From Octopus sinensis (lineage: Eukaryota): a DNA stretch of 64,000 bases. The translations under genes were made by a program, and so were the position numbers. Where the stretch lies: NCBI RefSeq assembly GCF_006345805.1, contig NC_043005.1, forward strand, positions 22,630,001 to 22,694,000. Reading direction: 5' to 3'. The notes beneath the pieces are model-generated. The model had not been told where the DNA came from. It was given only the letters and a program-made list of their open reading frames with translations, and searched no databases. Below, one piece after another: positions 25,850 to 41,009 of the stretch (the first letter of the stretch is position 1; every line of letters starts with the position of its first letter).

Positions 25850-28178
25850 TCATCATCATCATCACCCTCATTGTTTAACATCTGCCTTTCATACTGGTAT
25901 GAGTTGGACAGGCTGACAGGAGTTGGTGAGGCAGGGCCCTGTACCTGACATCTGTGTCTGTTTTGGCACACTTTTTAAAGCTGGTTGCCCTTCTTAACAC
26001 CAACCATCCAGCAGAGTGGGCAGAGTGCTTTTTGCGTGGCACAAGCACAGACAAGGTCAGTTTTGACATGACTTTTACGGCTGGATGCCCTTCCAAGTGC
26101 CAACCACTTTACAGTGTGGACTGAATGTTTTTTGAAAAGCACCAACACTGGCAGGGTCACCAAATAACTTGCAAGACAAAGATCTTTTGAGAGGAGAGAA
26201 GGCATTGGAGGAGGAAGACAAAGACCCTTTGAGAGGAGGGGGAACTGGTGGAGGTAATCTTGTGTCAGATGATGAACAGTTTGAGTGTGATGGAGAGACA
26301 GAGAGTGAGAAACAGGGGTCTTCTTGTAGAAGATGTATATAGTTACCTGGAGATAGAGATAGAGAGAGGTCAAGAACAAGGACAGAAACAGATGTGCTAC
26401 TGTAAAGGAGATACATGACTATCCAGCCTGAGAGAAAAGCAAGAGAAAGATATAGAGAATGGGAGATAGCAAAGGTGCAAGAGAGAACAGGAGAGAGATG
26501 GTGGTGAAGTGCCAAGGCATACTCACAAGGAATGGGGATCAGAATATAAATGAGATGATACAGTTCTATATTTAAGAGATGAGAAATTATGTACATTATT
26601 TACATTTGATGGATATTTGTCCTCATCTTGTTTGTTGTTAACACAAATGAGATGGTAAGGTAAAGGAAGAGAGCGATAGGTTGTGGCAAGTGCCAGGGCA
26701 TAACGTAAAGGTATGGAGGTCATAATATAAGTGGCAGGGTATTGCCAAAGAAGCATAAGGGCCAAGAGTAGTGCAGTGACTGGTGAAAACCTGGGATGGC
26801 AAATGTACAGTGAGCAGGGCCGTGAGGAGAGGATTGGGGAGTGAGAGGTAAGCCTAGTGCATGAAAGAGGAAATGTGAGGAAGAGATATAGTCTGGTTTG
26901 TTGGGGTAGCGTGTGTGGAAAGTTTTATAGTTACATGTGAGTGGAACACACAGTGCTTCTAGAACTCAGTCTCGCTTCTTAAGAACCTCATATCCCCTGA
27001 CATCTTGATCCAATGTCATTTCCTCTGTGAAGCCCAACGCCCAGAGATCGGTCCTCACCACTTCATTCTATGTCTTCCTGGGTCTCCCTCTTTCACAGAC
27101 ACCATCCACTTTCAGTGAGCAATACTTCTTTATACAGCTGTCTTCATTCATATGCATCACATGTCCAAAGCAATGTAGTCTTCTCTCTCGTATACTGCAT
27201 TTGATTTCTCTTATGCCCAACTTTTATCTCAAGACATTTTCACTTTGTTGTACATGTGTAATAATGTTGCACATCCAACAGAGCACACAACATTCATTTC
27301 TCTCTAGTCTATGCATGTCTTCTGCATTCCTGTGTGATCTTAGTGCTTATTGTTCCAGCACTTCTGCCACATACAAAGAAAATCAAATCTGTTTATCTAT
27401 CAGTGATTCTACTGCACCTCTTATGTGTCCATAAGAGTCTACACTGGGTGCAGTGAAAAGAATTACTTCCAACTCCTTTCCTACATATTGAGCCTGGCCA
27501 TATACTTGATGGAAAGAGAGTCTTATCTGCTTTCTTGCTAACAACAACTTTGGTCTTTGTTAGATTAACTTTAAGGCCCTTTGATTCCAGGTTTTGCTTC
27601 TACACCTGGAATTTCTTCTCCAAATCTGCTACAGATTCTGCAATAAGAGCAAGGTCATCAATGTGTAGTAGTTCCTGATGGGTATCCAGTTTTGAATTCC
27701 TGTATTACGGCCTGAAGGACTCTATGATGAATAAGAGTGGGCTGAAAATTGAACCCTGGTGAACCCCTATCTTAACGCTAAATTCTTCGTTGTATTCGTG
27801 GCTGACTTCAACTGTACTGACAGCCCCACTGGGCATGGCGTATACAGCTCTAACAAGCCACTCTTCTATTCCTAACTTACTTAGAGACCACCAGATAACA
27901 GAGCAGGGGACTCTGCCAAAAGATTTCTCCTTTCAGCAAAAGGTAAGTACAATGGCTTACTTTTGGCCAAATACCTTTCCTGGAGCTATCTCACTAGGAT
28001 GATGGCATCTGTAGTACTCTTCCCAGGCACAAAACCAAACTGCATCTCATCTAGTTTAATTCTATTCCCAATCAATTTGAGCTATAACTCTCTCTGCAAT
28101 TTTTATAACCAGATCCAGCTGTTTGATATCTTTGTGGTTGTTTCTATCTAAGGCATCACTTTTACCCTCGTAGCAACT
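25850..28178 (-). mobile_element. 5'-truncated RTE-clade LINE with RT remnant and (GAT)n tail
   Basis: YEGKSDALDRNNHKDIKQLD, VKIGVHQGSIFSPLLF, ELLHIDDLAL, LESKGLKVNLTKTK (with stops and frameshifts); 5' end abuts a (TACA)n/(TACC)n tract at 28179-28277. Confidence 0.9.
26558..26644 (-). mobile_element. Inserted 3' part of the hammerhead repeat, with a 10-bp TSD
   Basis: AAATGAGATG at 26548-26557 and 26645-26654; the insert reads GTGTTAACAACAAACAAGATGAGG...GAACTGTAT on the minus strand. Confidence 0.9.
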
Positions 28179-28735
28179 GTATGTATGTATGTATGTATGT
28201 ATGTATGTATGTATGTATGTATGTATGTATGTATGTAGGTAGGTAGGTAGGTAGGTAGGTAGGTAGGTAGGTAGGTATGGATGCATACATGTATGTGTGC
28301 GTGTGTGCGTGTATTCTTCATATTTATGTGTTTGTGTGTTCATGTTTGTATATGGTCATATGTTTCAGTCTTCATATATATATATATAAGAAAATGAAAA
28401 AAGCGGATAAAAATTTATGTTCCGATGTTTTTATTTAAAGTCATTCAAATTCAGACAGAAATTCCCACCTACAGCTGTTTCCATAAACAATTCTTAATTT
28501 CAGAAATAAAATTCCATATTCAAAACAATTGAATTGAGTATATCGTCAGGGAGAATTACAAAAGGAAGTTATTTAACAACGTGTAGGCTAACCTACGACA
28601 AACTCAGAAGTGTTTTTTTTTTTTTAACGCAAGTGTTCCGTAGAAACTGTCATAGCTACATATAAAAAATGAACAGGTTCAGCACATGTTTGCTCGTGCC
28701 ATTATGATACACAATAGTTCATTGATGGTGTTATG

Positions 28736-30905
<2,170 letters not shown>

Positions 30906-31043
30906 CAGATATATATATACATGTACATATATAAGAAGATAATTTTATAACTTCGTTAAACCGAAAAGTAATTTCGTTAAACCGAAGAATAAAAGTAAAA
31001 GTAGGACTGCAGCTGGAAGTGCTCAGGTGACACCAAGGCGAAA

Positions 31044-31855
31044 GGAGAAATAAATTGAAAGGTATACTGAACAAATGCTCCAATTGGTCAAAACCGCTTT
31101 ATATCATACTCAAATTATCATAAATCAAATAGAAATATATATTAAAACTACAGAGCACTCAATGGTAAAACCCAACAGTGTAAAATATACACATATATAA
31201 GAATAAAATGTGATAAAACCTAAAAAGGGAATACGAGTGAAATCAAATGAAGAAAAATATATGGAATTAATGCATAATATAAGCATCTAAAAATTTATAA
31301 TCATTTATTTATATTTATATTATTCTAGCTCCATTGCCTTAAATTTTTAGTCACTTTTACTATGCATTAAATTATTCCATATATTTGATATATTCCATAT
31401 ATTCAACTTCACTCGTACTACCTTTTTAGGTTTTATCACCTTTTTTTCGTGTATATGTGTATATTTTATACTGCTGGATTTTACCATTGGGTGCCCTGTT
31501 GTTTTAATTAATATCTATAAATCTGAAATGCGAAAAGTTTGTTTGTCTGGTTTTGGCATTGGAACGGGTTAAAAGGCACTAGATCCCGTCGGATTGACTC
31601 CAAAATTTACAGGGACATGTAAAATGGGGTGATGATGTAAGTGGGCTAGGTTAGAAATAACTATCTTAAAAGGTGTCGATACTGGGGCAAAAAATGCACA
31701 CTTTGACAAGTCTTCTCTTATTCTCTTATCTGCCTGGCTTCCTCCGTCTCTTTCTCTTTCCTCCCTTCCTATCACTTTTTCTCTATAACGATAGCTACTA
31801 CTGTCTTTCCCCCGTCGCCTTCGCCAGCGCTGTCACTCTTTCTTTCACCGCCTCC

Positions 31856-31891
<36 letters not shown>

Positions 31892-32166
31892 GTCTGTCTG
31901 CATTCATAGAGGATTTTATTATCGCCACCACCACCACACAATCATGAGAACAAATATTATGAATCAGATATTTATTGGGTTAATTTATATGTGTGTATGT
32001 GTGTGTGTGTCTCTATCTATATATAAATATGTATATATAATGTATATATACAAAGTGTATATGTCTGTATTATATATATATATATAATTCGTATATATAA
32101 TGCGTACACACACACACACACACATATATATAATGGGTATATATGTACATATTTATATTTAATGCG

Positions 32167-32198
<32 letters not shown>

Positions 32199-33526
32199 GT
32201 GTGCATTATGTGGTCGGTTGAGCTGAAAATATGCACACCTATGTTAAAAGTGCTGGCGAGTTTGCATGGCAACTATTTTTTTCCTCAAATGAAAGGCGTG
32301 ACCTATAGGACAAAATTTCCCATCTTTTAAAATGTGGCCCGATTATATCCGAATGAAATCGGCTTATATTAACCAAACAAGTAAAACAAGAAAAAACTAT
32401 GCCATTTTAATCCCAAGTAAGGTCGGGTATCTCTGTAGGTCTACTACATATTTGTGAAAAGGGCAGACGTTGTCTCACAAGCAGTTATACAGGCAAAAGT
32501 GGAAAATTTGCACACCTATGTTAAAAGTCCTGGCGAGTTTGCATAGCAACTTTGAGTTTGCTCAATTGAAAGGTGTGGCCTCTGGGGCAAAATTCCTCAT
32601 CTTCAAAGTGTGGCCCCCGTAGACCCGAATGAAATCGAGTTATAATACCGAAACAAATAAAACAATGATAAACTATTTTAATCCCGTGCAAGACCGGGTT
32701 TCACTGCTATCTATATATATAAAAGAGGCTTTGGATCAAAATTGTGTGCACGTTTTGCAACGTCAGAGATTGGCGACCACACCAGTGGTCATACCGAGCT
32801 GAAAATTGACACAGGCATAGAAGGCGTGATGTGGCAGAGAGCTGAGTAGGTTAAAACTCACCATCTGGAAAGATGCGGTTGCTATGGTGAGAAGATTCAA
32901 GGGGGCTCTAATCCCCTCCAGATTGGCGCGATTGGCATCTAATCCTATCTATAAAATGAAGAAGGCGAACGTAGACGCAAATTGGATTTTTATGATAAAA
33001 GGGGTCTAAATGGGGCTGGAAGGGGATTCAAATTTACAGGAGGGGGTAATTTGAGGGGGGAAATTTATTGGGAGAAGTTTTGTGGCGCTACAGTAGTTGC
33101 TTTGGTGTGAAAACTGGGATTTTATTGATTTTGAGGGACACTTGGTGGTGTAGATCGGACACCTTTTGCCCGATTTCAATCAAATTTTCAACATGGTAAG
33201 GTGGAAGCCGATTTGTAATTTAAACGCAGAAATCTAATTTTTTTATAAATAGCAGAGAGGTAGATAGAGAAAAATAAAGAGTAAGAGAAAGCGAGGGAAA
33301 GTCCGAGAGAAAGGAGGAGTAAGAGAGTGGGAAATGTGGGAGAATGTGGTGGTAAGAAACAGAAAGGAAGCAACAGAAAGTAACAACCACAACCTCACCC
33401 GCACGTAGAGCGGGTCACCTTAAGCTAGTCTATATTTATATTTGATTTATGATAATTTAGGAATGATATAAAGTGGCTTTAAACGATTGGAGTGCTTATT
33501 CATTATACCTTTCAATTTATTTCTCC
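31044..33526. mobile_element. Foldback/palindromic non-autonomous element interrupted by Helitrons
   Basis: Left arm about 31044-31310 is the reverse complement of 31340-31513 joined to 33429-33526. Confidence 0.8.
31514..33428 (+). mobile_element. Head-to-tail stack of at least three non-autonomous Helitrons
   Basis: 5' TC starts at 31514, 32440 and 32710 (possibly 32948). Hairpin plus CTAG-like ends at about 32438, 32709 and 33428 (CCCGCACGTAGAGCGGG..CTAG|T). Confidence 0.7.
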
Positions 33527-33541
33527 ATATACATACATACA

Positions 33542-33575
<34 letters not shown>

Positions 33576-33582
33576 CATACAC

Positions 33583-33641
<59 letters not shown>

Positions 33642-33687
33642 TATAAGTATACATATATATATAAACATATATAAGTATACATATATA

Positions 33688-33738
<51 letters not shown>

Positions 33739-33796
33739 ACATATATATACATATATATACACACATTATATACATACACACACACCCACCAATATA

Positions 33797-34194
33797 TCAA
33801 ATTTTCAACATGGTAAGGTGGAAGCCCATTTGTAATTTAAACGCAGAAATCTAATTTTTTTATAAATAGCAGAGAGGAAGATAGAGAAAAATAAAGAGTA
33901 AGAGAAAGCGAGGGAAAGTCCGAGAGAAAGGAGGAGTAAGAGAGTGGGAAATGTGGGAGAATGTGGGAGGTAAGAGAATGTGGTGGTAAGAAACAGAAAG
34001 GAAGCAACAGAAAGTAACAACCACAACCTCACCCGCACGTAGAGCGGGTCACCTTAAGCTAGTCTATATTTATATTTGATTTATGATAATTTAGGAATGA
34101 TATAAAGTGGCTTTAAACGATTGGAGTGCTTATTCATTATACCTTTCAATTTATTTCTCCATATACATACATACATGCACACATACATACATAT

Positions 34195-34257
<63 letters not shown>

Positions 34258-34305
34258 TATAAGTATACATATATATATATAAACATATATAAGTATACAT
34301 ATATA

Positions 34306-34358
<53 letters not shown>

Positions 34359-34410
34359 TACATATATACATATATATACACACATTATATACATACACAC
34401 ACACCCACAC
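33797..34410 (+). repeat. Tandem duplication (about 620 bp) of 33180-33796
   Basis: Near-identical second copy of the Helitron 3' end, the foldback arm and the (TA/TACA)n tract. Confidence 0.9.
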
Positions 34411-34479
34411 ATATATATAAATATATATTTTTATTCTTATTTAAATGTAAATATCTTTAATATAAGCAGTTATCAATGA

Positions 34480-35760
34480 TTACTATAAACCTTATGATAG
34501 TTCCTAAATGTCCATTTTGATGCATGAACACAAGAAAATCCCATTTTCATCTTAGTATTAAATAGACATCTAGAAAATAAAATCAAATACAGTTCTTCTA
34601 AACAGAAAATGCAGAAAGACTTTCCTGGTTTATAAGTAGTAACCCTACTCATAATTTCCCAATCTACTGAAAAGCTTGTTTTGGTATCTTTCAAATCCCA
34701 AATAAATTTACAAAGACTAGTGGAAGCAAACCTGTTTTTATTATTAAAGGTGTAAATATGGTTTGAAATATGTTTTTTTAGTAAAATTTTGCGTAGCACC
34801 AATATAAACGTAATTTCTACCTCTAGAATATAACTTGCACCTGTAAACAACATCGTTTCGTTTACAATAATTCTTAAATAAACATTTACTTTTAACCCTG
34901 CAGTCACAAAGAGTATTATCTGTATCCTTCACATTATTATTCCGTTTCTCATTGATAAAAATTAGATTTTTACTGTTTGTAGTATTACATACATTCAAGA
35001 GGTTAGGATAGGACTTACTCGAGTAGCTTCCCTTTGCACATTAGATGTCCAATGTTCACTCTCCTTTCTTACATTTATTCCATTGGCATTAATAGAATGG
35101 CATTTACTACCATTACCATAAAAATAATACAATTTTCTCTCGTTAATCGAGGGTATAATCTGGTATAAATTACTAGATACAGAATGACCAATTCTAAAGA
35201 GCCAAGGGTTAATATCATAGTATCTATTTTCTTTTGTAAAAATGTTTGGAAAATAGTTTGTATACTCTTAATCTATTTCGCGAATGGAATAATAAACCAA
35301 ACACTTTCGTCCTCATTAGAAGAAGCATTACGACCATTATTGTATATATATGGTGTTTGTTTTCTAATCTTTTTACTCCTACTCCCGATTGTACTAGAAA
35401 GGTCAGAAGAATAAAGTAGTACATTGTTTCCCATAATACTCATATTTTGCTTTTGATATTGATTTTTAATATTCCTATATTTAATATATTTCGATTTATA
35501 TAACTGTTTCCTGTTATTATTCTCCAATCCATGTTAGTATGGGAAACAACTAGGTCGTTAGAAGTACCAATATCATCAGGACAATATACCAATTTCCATT
35601 TATATCCAGCTTTATTTAGTGCGACATTATAATAGTCGACATTTTTATTGAAAACCTCATTATTAAATGATAAATTTAAACTAAAATTTTTCACAGAACC
35701 AGGATGGTTGCTTTCAAAGTTAATATACCTAAGACTAGAGTTTGATATATGTTATGGATA
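34480..35760 (-). pseudogene. Decayed Penelope-like (Naiad-type) RT thumb plus GIY-YIG
   Basis: SNHPGSVKN..YYNVALNKAGY, VWFIIPF, CDCRVKSKC..DVVYRC..YVYIGATQNF, STSLCKFIWDLK..VDWEIM..YKPGKSFCIFCLEE. Confidence 0.8.
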
Positions 35761-35789
35761 TTAACCTGTTATGGATATTAACGGTGAAA

Positions 35790-36600
35790 GGGGCATCATC
35801 CCTATAAAGACCGCCTTCTAAACCAGGAAAGTCCCTTCCTAGGATAGATAGAATATAAATCGCAACCAAAAAAAAAAATGGAGAAAATTGAAGTGGATGT
35901 TTCTAGGAAAGATGTTCCGATTCCAACCAGAAAGGAATATATGAAGGACCTTATTCGAAAAACAATGGGATTTATCCATAGATTTAGATAGAAGGCTTGC
36001 CATTATGATAAAAAATATGATAACGAACAAGTAGCATAACTGAAGAAAAGGACCAATTTATAAGTGGATTATTTAAGATCAAAAAATACCTGTTACCAAA
36101 TGGTTACCATGCCAGTTTTGAGGATGAATTATGGAAGATTATTAGAAATGTAAAATTTAAAACGTATCCCCTTAGAGGTAATGGACACTTGAAAGAACTT
36201 AAATGCATCATATCAGAACTTGGAAATAAAAGCAGAGTAATTGTTTACTCAGATAAGATTGGAAACTTGTATAATCTGGACATAAACTACTACCATGAGC
36301 TTTTGAAAAAAAAATTGCTAAAAGTTATAAAATCTCTAAAACGAGTATGTTAAGAACTACAAACTTAATTTCTAAACAAATTATGGAAAATTACTAATTA
36401 GATGATAAAACTGAACCTTTTGTTCCTAAAAGACAGAATTATTTTAAAAGATCATAAGGAGAATTTTTATAGTAACCCTAAAGTAAAGCAATTTTAGATA
36501 AGTATATTCCTGTTCTTAAAGATAATGTAAGATTGCAACTCTGGTCTAATTCCTATAAGGCAATTGATTGGTTTAATAGAATTAAATTTAATAGTGCATG
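35790..36600 (+). pseudogene. Penelope-like ORF N-terminal remnant, inverted relative to 34480-35760
   Basis: KDLIRKTMGFIHRFR*KA, FEDELWKIIRNVKF and SDKIGNLYNLDINYYHELL resemble the pre-RT region of Naiad/Penelope ORFs. Confidence 0.55.
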
Positions 36601-36629
36601 CTGATAGCACAAACCTTGAAACTTTTCAG

Positions 36630-37790
36630 CATTAAACTACATGCTATTCTTCTCAGCACACTTGTATATTTCATCCAACTCGCATTGTAGGTGCATAGCA
36701 CCTTCGGGGTTCTGCATCACGTGAGATTTTTGTAACATCTGCATAACTTGTGATCGTGGCTCTCTGTGTGGCTGACAGCATATCTGAGAGGACCATTATG
36801 AACAGTAGTGTGGCCCCAAAACAGTGCCTTGCAGAACACCGCTCACTATTTGCTTGTCATCGGAGGTGACCCCATCGGCTACTACCACCTGACTTCTATC
36901 CTTCAGAAAGTCATGCAGCCATTCTCCCAGTTTCACGACTATGCCGAGATCACGCAGTTTGGGACATATCATTCCATGATTGACTTTATTGAAAGCATTT
37001 GCAAAATCAAGATATATCACATCCACATTTGAGTGATTGAGCAGATATTTCAACACCCAGTCATAGTGTTGTAAGAGCTGAGTCAGGTAGCTTCTTTCTG
37101 ATCGGAAACCATGTTGGATGTCAGTCAGCAAGTCATTTTCCTCAAGGAAGATTTTTCTTCTGAGTATTCTTTCCATGACTTTGCTGATGTACGAGGTCAG
37201 AGAGATAGATTTGTAGTTCTTGGCCTCTGCTACCTCCTTTGTAAATAAGGTATATTTTACCTTCCTACAGCTTACATGGAAGTTTGCCAGTTGCAAGGAA
37301 GCTCTGGAAGAGGGACTGTAGTGGTCTTACTAGGACTCGCTTACGTGATTTTTTAATTATTGCTGGGAATACATCAGGGCCAGTAACTGAGTTCGGGTTT
37401 ATTTCATCTATAGCTCTTATCACATCATCTTTTATATTGATGTAATCAATAATCATCACTGCTACTGTTTTTATACCTGCAGTGGCGAAAACGTCAGCTG
37501 GATTGCTGACTTGCAAGTGTCCTGGGGTGAAGAGAAAATACTTTTGAATTGCTCATTTAGTATTTCACTTATCCTCGTTTGGTTTCCTGTGAAGGAACCA
37601 TCTTTTTCGAGGAGTGACCCTACCCTGCAGTGAACTGAGTCTGTTTCTTTGGCAAACTTGTAGAAGACTCTGGGGTAAGATTTTATATTGTCTATAGTCA
37701 GGCTACTTTGTCAGATGGGATATTCTTTTTTTCCTGAACATTTTTACAGTTAGTTATTATGGGGGTTTTTTCCTCAATGCTTCTGTTTTA
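36630..37790 (-). pseudogene. CR1-like LINE RT remnant
   Basis: NYKSISLTSYISKVMERI..QHGFRSERSYLTQLLQHYD..DVIYLDFANAFNKVNHG..SGVLQGTVLGP. Confidence 0.9.
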
Positions 37791-38590
37791 ATATTTTCTA
37801 TTTTGGACTTCCATTGTTATCATTTAATAAATATTGTACCAAATATTCAAATATGACAAAAGAATTTACAGCTTGACAGAATTTGTCTTATGTGAGGCCT
37901 GAACAATCAAATAAAGCCTCTACGTAGCTATTCATTCTGTTCAATGTAGTAACCAAATTGGCCCTCAACAAACTGCTTTCAGACTTGAAAATGGATATTG
38001 CATTGTTACATTGTTCTTTAACCGCAGGCAAACTCAGCTGAGCAAACATAATCAAAAACATTCAAATCATGACCATCCCTCCAGTTATTCTGAATTCATA
38101 CGTATCCTTCTCTTTTTAAGATAATAGGTTCCCTTTTTAAAATTTGAGGAATTTTTTACATGCTATTTTTAGCAGGACATGCTACAATATATAAACTACC
38201 TTTTTCACATTCAACAACTGTTTAATGGTTTTGCATGGTGTATTCTATAATGCAAAAGAGCAAGATTTTCACATTCATTTTCAGTATTCAAATTGCAGAT
38301 CACATTATACACAAAGTGACATTGTGCATTTATAAAAAACGGTAAATTCTTCATTTCAAACATCTTCGGATTACCTCCATTGCAAGAATATTACATGAAC
38401 AGTTCGGGACTCTTTTTAACCCAGAATGTTTAATCAATTCACATTGTATGTTCATACCAGCTGGTTTTGAGTTCAATGCCACTGCATGACACCTTAAGCA
38501 AGCATATTTTTGTGGGTAGAATCTGGGGAGAGGGAAACTATGCAGGAACCTGTCGCACGCATGTGCATGTGTACGTGTGTGCTTATGTTT

Positions 38591-38870
38591 CATCATCATC
38601 ATCATAATCATCAATTAACATACGTTTTCCATGCTGGCATGGGTTGGCTGGTTTGACTGAGGTCTGGAGAGCCAGCGGCTGCACCAGACTCCAATCTGGT
38701 CAGGCAGAGTTTCTACAGCTGGATGCCCTTCCTAACGCCAACCACTCCGAGAGTGTAGTGGGTGCTTTTTACGTGCCACCGGCACCGGGGCCAGTCAGGG
38801 GATAGTGGCATTGGTCACGATCGGTTGATGTTTTTTACGTGCCACGGGCACCGGAGCCAGTAAGGCGGGC
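38591..38870 (-). mobile_element. RTE-type 3' end with (GAT)n tail
   Basis: CATCATC..GTTTTCCATGCTGGCATGGGTTGG..GGATGCCCTTCCTAACGCCAACCACTCCGAGAG. Confidence 0.8.
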
Positions 38871-38969
38871 ATATGTGTAAAACTATCATGTGTCAAAAGT
38901 TATTCACAAAATATAGTTTGATAAATAACTAGCAGACTGAGACAAATACAAGGCCATTATAATCAATAT

Positions 38970-39268
38970 GGAGGCACATGACCTAGTGCAGCGGACTCAC
39001 GGTTGAGGGACCGCGGGTTCAAATATCAGACTGGGCGATGTGTGTGTTTATGAGTGAAATACCTAAGCTCCACACAACTCCGGCAGAAGATAATGGCGAA
39101 CTTCTGCTGACTCTTTCACCAAAACTTTCTCTTGGTCTCTCTTCCTTTATCTTGCAGCCCACCAGAGACGGACCAGTGTCCCATCAAGGTAGGGAACCTA
39201 TATGTCAATGAAACCGAGAAACCAGCCTTATGAGCCAGGCATGGCTTGAGAAGGAACAAGCAACAACA
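38970..39268 (+). mobile_element. Type 3 SINE with a second kind of 3' region
   Basis: GGAGGCACATGACC head, GGGTTCAAAT B box, CCTAAGCTCC body, CAACAAC tail. Confidence 0.8.
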
Positions 39269-39331
39269 TAGGTCCTTTTATTTATTTTTCATTCCATGGA
39301 ATTTACACAGGTTCCACTAGTCAATAATAAT

Positions 39332-39535
39332 TCCTTCTATTATAAGAAAAATGCCTGAAATTTTTGGTGACGGTGCTAATCGATATCATCAACTCCAGTG
39401 CTCAACTGGTACTTATTATATTGATCTCGAAAGGATGAAAATCAAAGTCGATCTCAGTAGAATTTGAACGCAGATCATAAAGACGGACGAAATGCTACAT
39501 AATATTTTTACCGGTGCGGTAACGATTCTGCCACC
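39332..39535 (-). mobile_element. Type 1 SINE
   Basis: Core GGATGAAAATCAAAGTCGATCTC and head GATTCTGCCACC on the reverse strand. Confidence 0.8.
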
Positions 39536-39544
39536 TTAATATTA

Positions 39545-40563
39545 AGGATTCACCACCTTAGAGTTAAACTACACGCAAAAGAAATAGACAACGCAAAATC
39601 CCAACAATGGCTGAGAAGCTCAGGACTCAAAGCAGAGACTGAAGGATTTTTAATTGCAGCACAAGACCAAAGCCTCCCAACAAGAAATTACCGAAAATAT
39701 ATAATGAAAAGAAACATAACAAGTAACTGTAGAATATGCGGAGATGAACAAGAAACAATAAACCATATTGTCTCTGGCTGCCCAGTCCCGGCTAAAAAAG
39801 AATATATTCACAGACACAACAGAGTTGGGATCTATATACACTGGAAGTGGAGGTGCAATGGCCCAGTGGTTAGGGCAACGGACTCGCCGTCTTGGTACTG
39901 AAGGTTCGATTCCCAGACTGGGCGTTTTGAGTGTTTATTGAGCGAAAACACCTAAAGCTCCACTAGGCTCTGGCATGGGGTGGTGACGAACCTTGCTGCA
40001 CTCTTTCACCACAACTTTCTCTCACTGTTTCTGTTGTACCTGTATTTCAAAGGGCCAGCCTTGTCACATTCTGTGTCACGCAGAATCTTCCTGAGAACTA
40101 CGTGAAGGGTATACGTGTGTGTGGAGTGCTCAGCCACATACACGTTAATTTCACAAGCAGGCTGTTCCGTTGATCGGATCAAATGGAACTCTGTCGTCGT
40201 AACCGACGGAGTGATTCGATATACACTGGAAGCTAACCCAACACTATGGAATAACAACAGAAAAAGTTGGTATAGGCATACGCCAGAAAAGGTCACAGAA
40301 AGCAAGAAAGCAACCATACCATGCGATATGCCAATGCACACAGATAGAGAAAGGAAGGCCAATATGCCGGATATAGTTATCAGAGATCAAACAGATGACA
40401 ACATTTCTCTAAAAGAAACGGAGAAGCTTTCAAAATACAAAGACCTGGAAATAGAGGTAACTCAAATGTGGAGTCTAAAAACAGAAACAATTCCTATCAC
40501 AATAGGTGTATTAGGCATGATAAAAAAATATTCAGACAAATACATAACAAGAGCACCAGGACT
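39545..40563 (+). mobile_element. R4/Dong-type LINE fragment interrupted by a SINE
   Basis: WLRSSGLKAETEGFLIAAQDQSL, CRICGDEQETINHIVSGC, EKLSKYKDLEIE; same family as 7954-8575. Confidence 0.9.
39848..40218 (+). mobile_element. Full-length type 3 SINE with a 14-bp TSD
   Basis: ATATACACTGGAAG at 39834-39847 and 40219-40232. Confidence 0.95.
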
Positions 40564-40566
40564 AAC

Positions 40567-40648
<82 letters not shown>

Positions 40649-40985
40649 TCTGTTGTCATAGGTGCCCTGGGAATGATAGCGAAAGGGACTGATTGCTACC
40701 TAACTCAGATACCAGGAAACCCCAAAATGGCAGAAATTCAAAAGATAGTGCTCATGGGAACTGCTCATATCCTACGCGAAATACTTTCTATGTAATCCCA
40801 AGGTTTAAAACAAACTTTTTTTTTTTAATTTATGTATTAGACATTCACTAGTACAACACCAAAAAAAAACCCCAAATATATGGCACACTAGGTATAACAA
40901 CAACGTGAACTTCCAACCTGTCTCTTGAGGTCTCTGGATGAGACTTGGAGCCAACTTGTACAGGCATAAAGCAAAAGTCAAACAT
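40649..40985 (+). mobile_element. Short 3' end of a second R4-type family between (AAT)n tracts
   Basis: VVIGALGMIAKG..IQKIVLMGTAHILREILSM* plus a distinct 3' UTR; (AAT)n at 40564-40648 and 40988-41044. Confidence 0.85.
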
Positions 40986-41009
40986 AGAATAATAATAATA
41001 ATCATAATC

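Noticed and set aside
33447-34479. Numerous YI/IH/CV-repeat ORFs (also at 11.8, 22.3, 24.2, 41.6, 55.2, 59 and 60.5 kb)
   Set aside because: They are translations of TA, TACA, CA, GAA and CT microsatellites.
40115-40795. 226-aa ORF with poly-Ile
   Set aside because: It is a chimera of SINE, two R4 fragments and an (AAT)n tract.
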